Positions 56,828 through 64,000 of a DNA stretch of 64,000 bases are shown here, piece after piece. Each line of letters opens with the position of its first letter. Within the stretch, counting starts at the first letter, position 1. The translations under genes were made by a program, and so were the position numbers. Source of the DNA: Pirellulaceae bacterium (lineage in GTDB: Bacteria > Planctomycetota > Planctomycetia > Pirellulales > Pirellulaceae); assembly GCA_041752115.1 (NCBI GenBank), contig JBGSHS010000168.1:37291-101290 (forward strand), read 5' to 3'. The notes below the pieces were generated by a model that worked only from the letters and a program-made list of their open reading frames with translations, did no database searches and was not told the origin of the DNA.

Positions 56828-58732
56828 CTACAGCGACAGCACGTACTCGATCAGGTCGTCCAGTTCCTGTTGCGTCAATTCCGGACCGTCGATCGAACCA
56901 AGTCCGTGCCGAGCTTCCAGAAACACGTCTGTCAGCGTGAGGGATTGACCCGCGTGCAGGTAGGGTGCCGTGCGCCAGACTTCGATCAGAGTCGGCGTAT
57001 CAAAGAGGTCTTCCCCTTGCTTCGATCCGCTCGACCGAGTCCGATGTGACTTCAGGTCAGTGAACAACGGCGCAGGGTGACAGCGACTGCAACCGACTCG
57101 TTCGCTCTGGAACAGCGAATGGCCGCGCAATGCCGCTTCACTCAGCTGACCGTTAACCAGGCGGGGACTGGGGACCGGCTGAAGTGTCTTCAGGTAGGCA
57201 TCCATCGCCGCCGCCTGCTCCTCCGATCGATGGGCAAACAGAATGTGAGCCAGCCCGGACCGCACGGCAATCTCCGCAGTCGCGCGCACGCCCGTCACCA
57301 TCGACGGCGGAGTGACATGCGAATGAAGCATGCTCTTGGAATTCTTGGGATTTCCGATTCCATCGTTCATGAGATCCCAGTTCAAACCGTCCGCGCGGCC
57401 ATCCGGATGACAACTGGCACAGCTCTGCCACTGCTGATAGCAGATGGTCGCATCCTCAAACAGCTGCTGGCCAAGTCGCTCCCGTGTTGGCTCACACAAA
57501 GGTCCGAGCTGAATCTGCCTGACCGGTCCTTCTTTGGGGCGTGTGAGTTCCACGATGGCGATGCTGTCGCTGTAATACTGCGTCACATAGGCGTAATCGC
57601 CGATCGTCGCCACCATGCGTGCCCCTTTGCCGGGAAGCTCTGCATTTCGCCAGAGCGACTCGCCGAGACTGGGGTAAATCGGCCAGGCCCCAGGCAGCGG
57701 AGACATGGTTCGTTTGGCCAGGTCTCCTGCCAGATCCAAAGTCGGAATCACACACAATTCGTGCGTTCCCGCCGCTGCTACACACACATGCGAGCCGTCT
57801 GCCGTGCAGGTGATACCCCAAGGATTCGCCGAGCCTTTCATCATCGCGTCAGTGCCGATCGTGCTGACCCGCTTCATCGCGTGCAGATCCAGCACGCTCA
57901 CAACGTTGACATTAATCCAGCCGGTGTCGACTCGAAATGGAATATTCTCGAAGTTGGAAAGCAGATGAGTGACAAAGGCGTAGTGGCCGTCGGGAGTAAC
58001 ACAAATTCCGCGCAAGCTGCTGGCGCCGTGTGGTAGGCAGATGTTGACCGACTCGCTGGTCCGCGTGTCAATCACGGAAACGGCGGCCGAGATGGGGCTG
58101 GGAGCCTGCAGGTCAGCTCGAGTATGGAGCAGATGATTGGCTACCAGCAGACGATGCCCGTCAGGTGTGATCGCCGCCGCCACCGGCTCCCTCAGGACCG
58201 GGATGCGCGACAGTTCCTGGGCCGAGGCCAGGTCGATCACAGAAATGTCATTGTCGAATCGATTGCATACATACAGTCGCTGGCCGTCCGGGGCCAGAAC
58301 AGGACTCATGGCTGTGTGACCGACTGGAATGGAACCGATGATTTCCCCTGATTCGACCGCCACGATGAAAACCCAGCTGTCGGGTGCTGCACACACGATA
58401 TAGAGCCGACTTCCATCGGCCGACACGGCCAACCCGGTCGGCTCCGCTGCTACGGCCAGACGGCGCGAGACCTGCTGGGACGGAACATCAACCCACAGAA
58501 TCTCTCGGGAGTCAGAGCAGGCAACGTACAGGGTGCTTCCCGTGGGCGCGGCAACGATTGCCTGGGGGCCCAGATATCCATCGGCGGTGCTGACCGAGAA
58601 AAGTCCCCAGAGGCAGCCAATCAGCCAGTTCGCCGCCGTCAGGGGCCTGCGAGGCTGTCGAAATTGCCGATCCAGTTCGCGAGACCTGTGATTGAGCCAC
58701 GCGCTGGAGTTGTTGCTGTCGTTTTGCATCAA
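56828..58732 (-). CDS. YVTN/lactonase-type beta-propeller fused to a di-heme cytochrome c peroxidase (CCP/MauG-like) domain
   Basis: 634 aa. N-terminal repeats (TGSTLYVAC, DGSRLYIVC, DGQRLYVCN, DGHRLLVAN, DGHYAFVTH) and two CxxCH heme motifs (CASCH, CSRCH) in the C-terminal ~250 aa. Confidence 0.8.
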   Translation of the reverse strand: MMQNDSNNSSAWLNHRSRELDRQFRQPRRPLTAANWLIGCLWGLFSVSTADGYLGPQAIVAAPTGSTLYVACSDSREILWVDVPSQQVSRRLAVAAEPTGLAVSADGSRLYIVCAAPDSWVFIVAVESGEIIGSIPVGHTAMSPVLAPDGQRLYVCNRFDNDISVIDLASAQELSRIPVLREPVAAAITPDGHRLLVANHLLHTRADLQAPSPISAAVSVIDTRTSESVNICLPHGASSLRGICVTPDGHYAFVTHLLSNFENIPFRVDTGWINVNVVSVLDLHAMKRVSTIGTDAMMKGSANPWGITCTADGSHVCVAAAGTHELCVIPTLDLAGDLAKRTMSPLPGAWPIYPSLGESLWRNAELPGKGARMVATIGDYAYVTQYYSDSIAIVELTRPKEGPVRQIQLGPLCEPTRERLGQQLFEDATICYQQWQSCASCHPDGRADGLNWDLMNDGIGNPKNSKSMLHSHVTPPSMVTGVRATAEIAVRSGLAHILFAHRSEEQAAAMDAYLKTLQPVPSPRLVNGQLSEAALRGHSLFQSERVGCSRCHPAPLFTDLKSHRTRSSGSKQGEDLFDTPTLIEVWRTAPYLHAGQSLTLTDVFLEARHGLGSIDGPELTQQELDDLIEYVLSL

Positions 58733-58903
58733 CGGTCCTCATGGATGCAACCGTGTTCACCAGCTGGCCAGACGCGCAAATCGACAAGCTGGTCGCAAGA
58801 ATCACCACACCTCCCAGCCGCTTCCATGCACCGTATCGCGGCCACACCGTTGATACAGCTGACGGCTGCCCGGTATGGCTGGTGGGCACGCCGTTTGCTG
58901 CCC

Positions 58904-58955
58904 GTAGCGCGGACTTCAGTCCGCGATCATCGTAACATCGACTTCAGTCCGCGAT
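58904..58955. repeat. REP-like hairpin units, opposite orientation (family member 4): one intact, one decayed
   Basis: GTAG-CGCGGAC-TTCA-GTCCGCG-AT (58904-58927, perfect stem). GTAACATCGACTTCAGTCCGCGAT (58932-58955) has 4 substitutions in the left arm. Confidence 0.8.
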
Positions 58956-58981
58956 GACCGCGATTCTACTTCCATCCACTC

Positions 58982-59515
58982 GTGATCGTAATGACTATTA
59001 TGCATCAATCCCGCATCGCACTGCTAGTCTTGATGGCATTGGGGGTTCTGGAACTCCCCGCAATGGCCGATAGTTCAGGTTCTCTCACGACATGCCTGGA
59101 CCGTCGGCAGAACCTGGGAGATCTGTATGGGCGGGAACGGTCGATGGCAGCGATTCGCATCCGCGTGCTCGAACCGATCGCGCGGCAGCTGCGGGCCAGT
59201 TGGCCGACGGTGGAAGGAGATCACCGGAGTTTTGGGCCGTTCTTAGCCTACCCCGGCGGCGCTCCGACGACCCTGTTGCTGTTGACTGCGAGACAACACG
59301 TTGCGTCGCAGGCAGCCTTTTGTTCCATCGAACGAACCGCGGAGGGGGGGCTCCGTTTCCAAATGATCGAGGCGGCGTCAGGAACCTGGATGGAGTGGCA
59401 TCCACCGGGCCATCGTCCCTGTTCGTTTGTCAGTGGACTGGACGAACGGTACCTGTTGATTCGATCGGAAGTGCTGCCAGAAGGCTGGTACGAGACGTGC
59501 TATGCAGTTGACTGA
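58982..59515 (+). CDS. Hypothetical secreted protein
   Basis: 177 aa. Signal-like HQSRIALLVLMALGVLELPAMA (alternative ATG at 59000). No known domain. The 3' end overlaps the convergent PP2C gene by 16 nt. Confidence 0.5.
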   Translation: MIVMTIMHQSRIALLVLMALGVLELPAMADSSGSLTTCLDRRQNLGDLYGRERSMAAIRIRVLEPIARQLRASWPTVEGDHRSFGPFLAYPGGAPTTLLLLTARQHVASQAAFCSIERTAEGGLRFQMIEAASGTWMEWHPPGHRPCSFVSGLDERYLLIRSEVLPEGWYETCYAVD

Positions 59516-60327
59516 GGGCGGTAGGCAATCAAGGTCAGGTCATCGGGTTTCGAGGGATGCCCCTCGGCAGGCTGCTGCATGCGTTCGAGTGATTCGGCGA
59601 CGAGCCGTTGGGCGGCCGCCAGGAGTTTGCCTTTGCAGATTCCTTGTGCGATGAAGTCGCTGTAGAGGTTGTCGAACAGACCGTCACTGGCGACCAACAC
59701 GGTGTCGCGCCGGGTCAAACGCACGGGCGGACCGATGGCGATGTGCATGCCTGGAGATCCGATCACGTTCGAGACGATGTGGCGGTGTTCGTGGTGCATC
59801 GCCTCGTCGGCATCGATCAATCCGGCTTCGATGCCGTAGCCGACGGGGGAGTGTGGAACGGTCTGCAGCTTGACGCGCCCGCGTCCACTCACGACCAGAA
59901 TGACCGAATCGCCGACATAATAGGGTCGCGCGAGCCCTTGACCGATTTCCACCACCGCCAAGGTCGTCGCCGCTCCGATGCCGAGTGCCTGCACATCGTC
60001 GTTTGCTCGTTCGAAGCCCGTGATGATGGCGGTGCGCCAGTGTTCTTGGCCCGCTCGGGCTTCTTGCAGCGAGCAGCGGAGCGCGTCGACAGCGAGTCGA
60101 GCCGCTTGTTCGCCGGCCGGTCCGCCACCCAAGCCGTCTGCGACCAGCAGGACCGCCGCGTGGTCATCCAGCGGGAAGACGGCGGCCGCATCTTCGTTGG
60201 CGGATGTCTTGGTGGGGCAGCGCGTGGAGAAGACGCATACCGTGCCACCACCTGCTGAGAGGATGTCGGGATCGGTCATGACTTGCTCGAAGTAGGTGCG
60301 GCATGTGCCGGGCCGGTCTCCGTTCAT
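59500..60327 (-). CDS. PP2C-family Ser/Thr protein phosphatase
   Basis: 275 aa. LLVADGLGGGPAGEQAARLAV and VLVASDGLFDNL are the metal-binding Asp motifs. Start overlaps the kinase stop by 4 nt. Confidence 0.85.
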   Translation of the reverse strand: MNGDRPGTCRTYFEQVMTDPDILSAGGGTVCVFSTRCPTKTSANEDAAAVFPLDDHAAVLLVADGLGGGPAGEQAARLAVDALRCSLQEARAGQEHWRTAIITGFERANDDVQALGIGAATTLAVVEIGQGLARPYYVGDSVILVVSGRGRVKLQTVPHSPVGYGIEAGLIDADEAMHHEHRHIVSNVIGSPGMHIAIGPPVRLTRRDTVLVASDGLFDNLYSDFIAQGICKGKLLAAAQRLVAESLERMQQPAEGHPSKPDDLTLIAYRPQSTA

Positions 60328-61649
60328 CGGCTATTTTTTCCTCCGAGCTCCTTGCCACACCAGGGGCAATAACTCCAGAACTCCCCGGCCACGCCCCAGC
60401 CGCAAGCGCCGCAGGTCTCCGACGACCCTTCGATCTTCCATTTCCGCACGACTTTGCGGTGGCACCACGGACAGTATTTCATGAACGGCATCAACAGCTT
60501 GCGAGAACAGTTCGCGTTGCTGCAGCGTGCGGTATACCGCACGTCCGATAATTTGCGGGCTGTGGCCACCTCAAAGCCACTGCCATAGCACCAGGGGCAA
60601 TAGGACCAGTCGAGTTTCATGCCACGACGGCAGCGTGGACATTGGAGTGGCAACCGCGACTCGCCGTCAAATCGGCTGCGATCGTGTCCGCACCAGGGGC
60701 AGCACGCCATTTGTTCGGAGACCGGTCCTTCACAGCGCGAGCAGGCATAGCGTGTCTCGAGCGCAGCGCCGAACAGCCGCTGGAACTGCCTGCGCTGCAT
60801 CGTACGCCAGTTCGGCTTGGAATCGCTGCGCGATGTGCCCGACGACTTACCTGCTCGATGTTGCAGCGCCCGCGTCTTGATGCGTTTCATTGCCGAGAGC
60901 ATGGCTGCGGCATTGGGAAACCGTTTGTACGGGTCCATTTCCATCGCGCGGCGCAGCACGGCGATCCAGTCCGGGTGGATACGCCTCCGCAACCGATCGT
61001 AACCGGGAGGTGGCCAGTGAAACGGCCATTCGGGCAGTTGCCCGCTGAGCATCCGATATTGTACGAGGCCCAACGAAAAAACGTCGGAATGAAAGGAAGG
61101 CTGCCCCATGGCCTGCTCCGGAGCGCAATAGCCGACCGTTCCCGACCCCGACGCTCGAATCGTCCGCAGCGCCACCTTGGCAATCCCGAAATCGGTCAAC
61201 ATCAACCTCCCATCGGAGAACAGAATCAGGTTCTCCGGTTTGATGTCGCAGTGGATGATCCGCTGTTCGTGAGCAAACGCGACGGCGGCGAGCATCTGTT
61301 CGGCAAGATCCCACGACAGACTCAACGAAAGACGCGACTGGATGCGTTCCGCCAGCGTCCGTTCCCCCAGCGGATAGACGAGCACAAACAGCCCGTCAAC
61401 GAAGTCGGCATTCTTGAGTGGCAGGATATTGGGGTGCTTCAGCCGTGCCGCCAGTCGTACCTCGTTGCGGAAGTCCTCCAGGACATTGTCGGTGAGCAGG
61501 TAATCGTGCGGGATCTTCAGGGCCACTCGTACCCCTTCAATCGTGTCGACGGCCTTGTAGACCGCGGCGAACCCGCCGTAGCCGAGTTTCCCCTCAATCC
61601 GGTACTTGCCCAGCTTCTGTCGCGTTCGGATGGAATTGCGCCGCATCAC
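60324..61649 (-). CDS. Ser/Thr protein kinase with four C-terminal CxxC...CPWC zinc-ribbon repeats
   Basis: 441 aa. GYGGFAAVYKA...VALK, HCDIKPENL, DFGIAK, GTVGYCAPE. C-terminal 140 aa: CSRC..CCPWC, CPRC..CPWC, CSNANC..CPWC, CGAC..CPWC. Confidence 0.9.
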   Translation of the reverse strand: MMRRNSIRTRQKLGKYRIEGKLGYGGFAAVYKAVDTIEGVRVALKIPHDYLLTDNVLEDFRNEVRLAARLKHPNILPLKNADFVDGLFVLVYPLGERTLAERIQSRLSLSLSWDLAEQMLAAVAFAHEQRIIHCDIKPENLILFSDGRLMLTDFGIAKVALRTIRASGSGTVGYCAPEQAMGQPSFHSDVFSLGLVQYRMLSGQLPEWPFHWPPPGYDRLRRRIHPDWIAVLRRAMEMDPYKRFPNAAAMLSAMKRIKTRALQHRAGKSSGTSRSDSKPNWRTMQRRQFQRLFGAALETRYACSRCEGPVSEQMACCPWCGHDRSRFDGESRLPLQCPRCRRGMKLDWSYCPWCYGSGFEVATARKLSDVRYTARCSNANCSRKLLMPFMKYCPWCHRKVVRKWKIEGSSETCGACGWGVAGEFWSYCPWCGKELGGKNSR

Positions 61650-62041
61650 GTCAATACACCCTGTTGCCGATCCCGCGGTCCAGTTCGTTGGTTGATGTCG
61701 ATCCGCTGCGGCGCGAGGCGCCCGCGCCGGTCTTCAGTCCAGGCAGAGCCACCGCGATCCCGATGAGATTCTCCCCATCGAGACAGACGCTACTCCTGAC
61801 GGCCGCGTTGTGGTTGAGCCTGTGGCTTCCCTTGATGATGCACAGTACCGGGTGCCAGTGTAGCATCCCACCTGCGGTCACGTACAGGCTTTCGTACCAC
61901 CCCGAGTCGCCACCCAAGTTAGTGATCGTTGCTCGTGGCGGGAATGGCATCTTCCCAGGTTGATGACGTTCTGAGCCCGTTCCCGCCAGTTCACCACCCA
62001 CTGTCTGGTCCGGTGATCAGCGGCGGTCGATTAAGCTTACC

Positions 62042-62069
62042 TTGAAATCGGGCGTACGGGTCGTACAAT
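62042..62069 (+). promoter_or_regulatory. Sigma70-like promoter candidate for mgtE
   Basis: TTGAAA (62042-62047), a 16-nt spacer, then TACAAT (62064-62069), about 78 nt upstream of ATG 62147. Confidence 0.3.
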
Positions 62070-62146
62070 CGTCCTGCCTTGGGCGGCGGAAACGCACGCA
62101 GCCACCTCTTGATGATCGGGCAGGACAGGCCGAATCTGTCACGAAG

Positions 62147-63517
62147 ATGCGAGTTGCAGCTATGGAAATTCACGAACCATCGTGGCAGGAACTGGAACGA
62201 CTGCTTCAGTCCGGCAACGTACAAGACGTTGAACGGTACCTCACGTCGCTTCCGGCCAGCGAGACGGTGTGGGTGGTGTCGCGACTCAATGACGAGGACC
62301 AGTCTCGACTCCTTGGCCTGCTCGCGCCGGTCGACGCGGCCGAGTTGATCCAGCAGTTGCCCGATGCCCAGGCGGTGGAACTGCTCGAAGATATGGCTCC
62401 CAATGCCGTGGCCGACATCCTGGAGGAGCTGCCCAGCGATCAGCAGGCAGACATCCTGGGTGATCTGGACGAGGAGCACGCGGAGGCGATTCTGACCGAG
62501 ATGCAGCCGGGAGCTGCCGTGGAGGCCAGGAATCTCGCGCGGTACGACGACGCTGTCGCGGGCGGACTGATGATTCGCGAATTCCTGGCCTATCCAAGCC
62601 GTTTCTCCGTGGCACAGGTCATTCAGGATATGCGAGTCAACGCGGGAAAGTACCGCCATTACGAAGTCCAATATGCTTACGTGACCCAGGACGACGATCG
62701 ATTGATCGGAGTCCTGCGACTCCGCGATCTGCTGCTGGCCAGCCCCACCCAGCCGATCAGCCAGTTAATGATCCGGCAGCCGCTGACCGTCTCCGACCTG
62801 GCTTCGCTCAATGAACTGCGCGACCTGTTTGAGCGACATCAGTTCTTCGGCGTCCCCGTGACCAACGCCGCCGGGAAGCTGCTGGGGGTCGTGCGCCGCG
62901 GGGCGGTCGACGAAGCGCTGGCCGATCGCAATGCCGACGATTATCGCAAGGCCCAGGGCATTTTCCGGGAAGAACTGCGTTCGATGCCCGTGCTGCTGCG
63001 TTCGCGACGTCGATTGACCTGGCTGACGATCAACATCGGTCTGAACGCGATCGCGGCCAGTGTGATCGCCTTCTACCAGGATACGCTCGCCCAAGTGATC
63101 GCTCTGGCCGTCTTCCTCCCAATCATCTCGGACATGAGCGGCTGCAGCGGCAATCAGGCGGTGGCCGTCAGCATGCGGGAATTATCCCTGGGACTCGTGC
63201 GACCGCACGAGATCCTCCGTGTGTGGTGGAAGGAAGCCGTCGTGGGGATCCTCAACGGTGTGGTCCTCGGCCTGATGATCGCCTTCGCCGTGTGGCTGTG
63301 GAAGGGCAATCCGTGGCTTGGGGCCGTCGTGGGAATCGCGCTGGCAGCCAACACATTGATTGCCGTTTCGATCGGCGGCACGCTCCCGCTGGTCGTGCGT
63401 CGGATGAAGATGGATCCGGCACTCGCGTCGGGCCCCATCCTGACCACGGTGACCGACATGTGCGGGTTCTTCCTGACGTTGAGCCTGGCCTCCGCCCTGC
63501 TTCGGTACCTGACGTGA
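62147..63517 (+). CDS. mgtE: Magnesium transporter MgtE
   Basis: ORF 62042-63517; start taken at ATG 62147. N-domain plus CBS pair, and a TM domain with PIISDMSGCSGNQAVAV and ASGPILTTVTDMCGFF, hallmark MgtE motifs. Confidence 0.9.
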   Translation: MRVAAMEIHEPSWQELERLLQSGNVQDVERYLTSLPASETVWVVSRLNDEDQSRLLGLLAPVDAAELIQQLPDAQAVELLEDMAPNAVADILEELPSDQQADILGDLDEEHAEAILTEMQPGAAVEARNLARYDDAVAGGLMIREFLAYPSRFSVAQVIQDMRVNAGKYRHYEVQYAYVTQDDDRLIGVLRLRDLLLASPTQPISQLMIRQPLTVSDLASLNELRDLFERHQFFGVPVTNAAGKLLGVVRRGAVDEALADRNADDYRKAQGIFREELRSMPVLLRSRRRLTWLTINIGLNAIAASVIAFYQDTLAQVIALAVFLPIISDMSGCSGNQAVAVSMRELSLGLVRPHEILRVWWKEAVVGILNGVVLGLMIAFAVWLWKGNPWLGAVVGIALAANTLIAVSIGGTLPLVVRRMKMDPALASGPILTTVTDMCGFFLTLSLASALLRYLT

Positions 63518-63621
63518 GGCCTGCGGGGTAAATCGTGAGAGGCTGTGCGGCCGGCAGCTGCTAACGGCGCGACTGGCCGCTGCGGATAGGGACCCGCCGC
63601 AACGAAGTGGTGCGGAAATGG

Positions 63622-63757
63622 GGAATGCCACAATGCCACAGTGCTCCATGGTGATGCGGTCGGGAGCGCACGGTGTCTGCTCTCAATGCGCATTGTCGCA
63701 TTGTCGCATTCCCTATTCACATTCCACTTCCCACGGGCCTGTCATCGTGTGAGGCGC
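63622..63757. repeat. Second locus of the 42.6-kb repeat family, with an inverted partial copy
   Basis: GGTGTCTGCTCTC...GCATTGTCGCATTGTCGCATTCCCTATTCACATTCCACTTCCCACGGGCCTGTC resembles the 42641-43003 unit. GGAATGCCACAATGCCACAGTGC (63622-63644) is the near reverse complement (20/23) of 63690-63712. Confidence 0.75.
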
Positions 63758-64000
63758 CGAGTGACTCGGCGTGAGGGGCCGTGGGTCTGATCCCGCTCTG
63801 GGTGCAAGAACCACAGGATATCCCAGCTCCAACGGCAGAATGTCCAAGGAAGAAGAGCCGACCTGACGCCTCAGAATCGCGTCACTTTCTGCCCCTTGCC
63901 CCTGGAACATTCCTTGTTCGATATTCTGCGGTCCAGACGGCCCAGAAACAGAGGGTGTCTGGTTTTAAGGCTCGCCCAACGGGGGATAAACGTATCTCGA

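Noticed and set aside
60642-61766. 374-aa plus-strand ORF
   Set aside because: It is antisense to the Ser/Thr kinase gene, which has all the canonical kinase subdomain motifs on the minus strand.
61651-62001. 116-aa minus ORF ending 1 nt before the kinase start, and a competing 99-aa plus ORF (61664-61963)
   Set aside because: Both frames show high third-position GC because they are in register antisense to each other. Neither has a recognisable domain or a clear ribosome-binding site. I cannot decide between them or a non-coding call without homology or expression data.
61960-62146. M-box (ykoK) riboswitch upstream of mgtE
   Set aside because: The leader is too short and shows none of the conserved M-box segments I can recall. 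Only a simple hairpin is present.

Overview
GC-rich bacterial chromosomal window (GC judged by eye, not computed), densely coding on both strands. I found no rRNA, tRNA, CRISPR array, transposase or integrase. The gene content looks Planctomycetota-like (inference only): Tat-signal Gfo/Idh/MocA oxidoreductases, three PQQ-like beta-propellers, a propeller-cytochrome c peroxidase fusion, and many lipoproteins and secreted proteins.

Recognisable blocks:
(i) An L-arabinose locus at 24.2-36.2 kb: RbsBAC-type ABC transporter, araB, araD, araA and an SSF symporter, with an ArgA-like gene embedded.
(ii) A stress-type island at 18.4-23.9 kb: a CBS/BON remnant, a NarL-type regulator, a tandem-duplicated CsrA-like ORF, a CBS pair translationally coupled to a palm-less PolX-like HhH protein, and a DUF1328 small ORF missed by the ORF track.
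(iii) A four-gene glutamate-centred amidoligase cassette at 37.7-42.3 kb: FGase-type amidohydrolase, GCS2-type ligase, RLAN-RimK ATP-grasp and a C39-like peptidase. Its product is unknown, and it is my top candidate for an uncharacterised system.
(iv) PadR plus a membrane partner carrying a CcsA-type WWD (heme-handling) motif, behind a promoter with twin palindromic operators.
(v) An aldehyde dehydrogenase, a URO-D-like protein and a Tat-exported AraA/FucI-like isomerase.
(vi) A Ser/Thr kinase with four CPWC zinc ribbons coupled to a PP2C phosphatase, and mgtE.

Non-coding structure:
- A 24-nt hairpin family (GTAGCGCGnnCTTCAGnnCGCGA) occurs at four loci with compensatory stem changes. One locus is a 7 x 26-bp head-to-tail array that abuts and supplies a stop codon.
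- A second repeat family of about 90-160 bp is present as a tandem array at 42.6-43.0 kb and as a single site at 63.6 kb.

All protein family calls are by-eye motif recognition. No searches were run.
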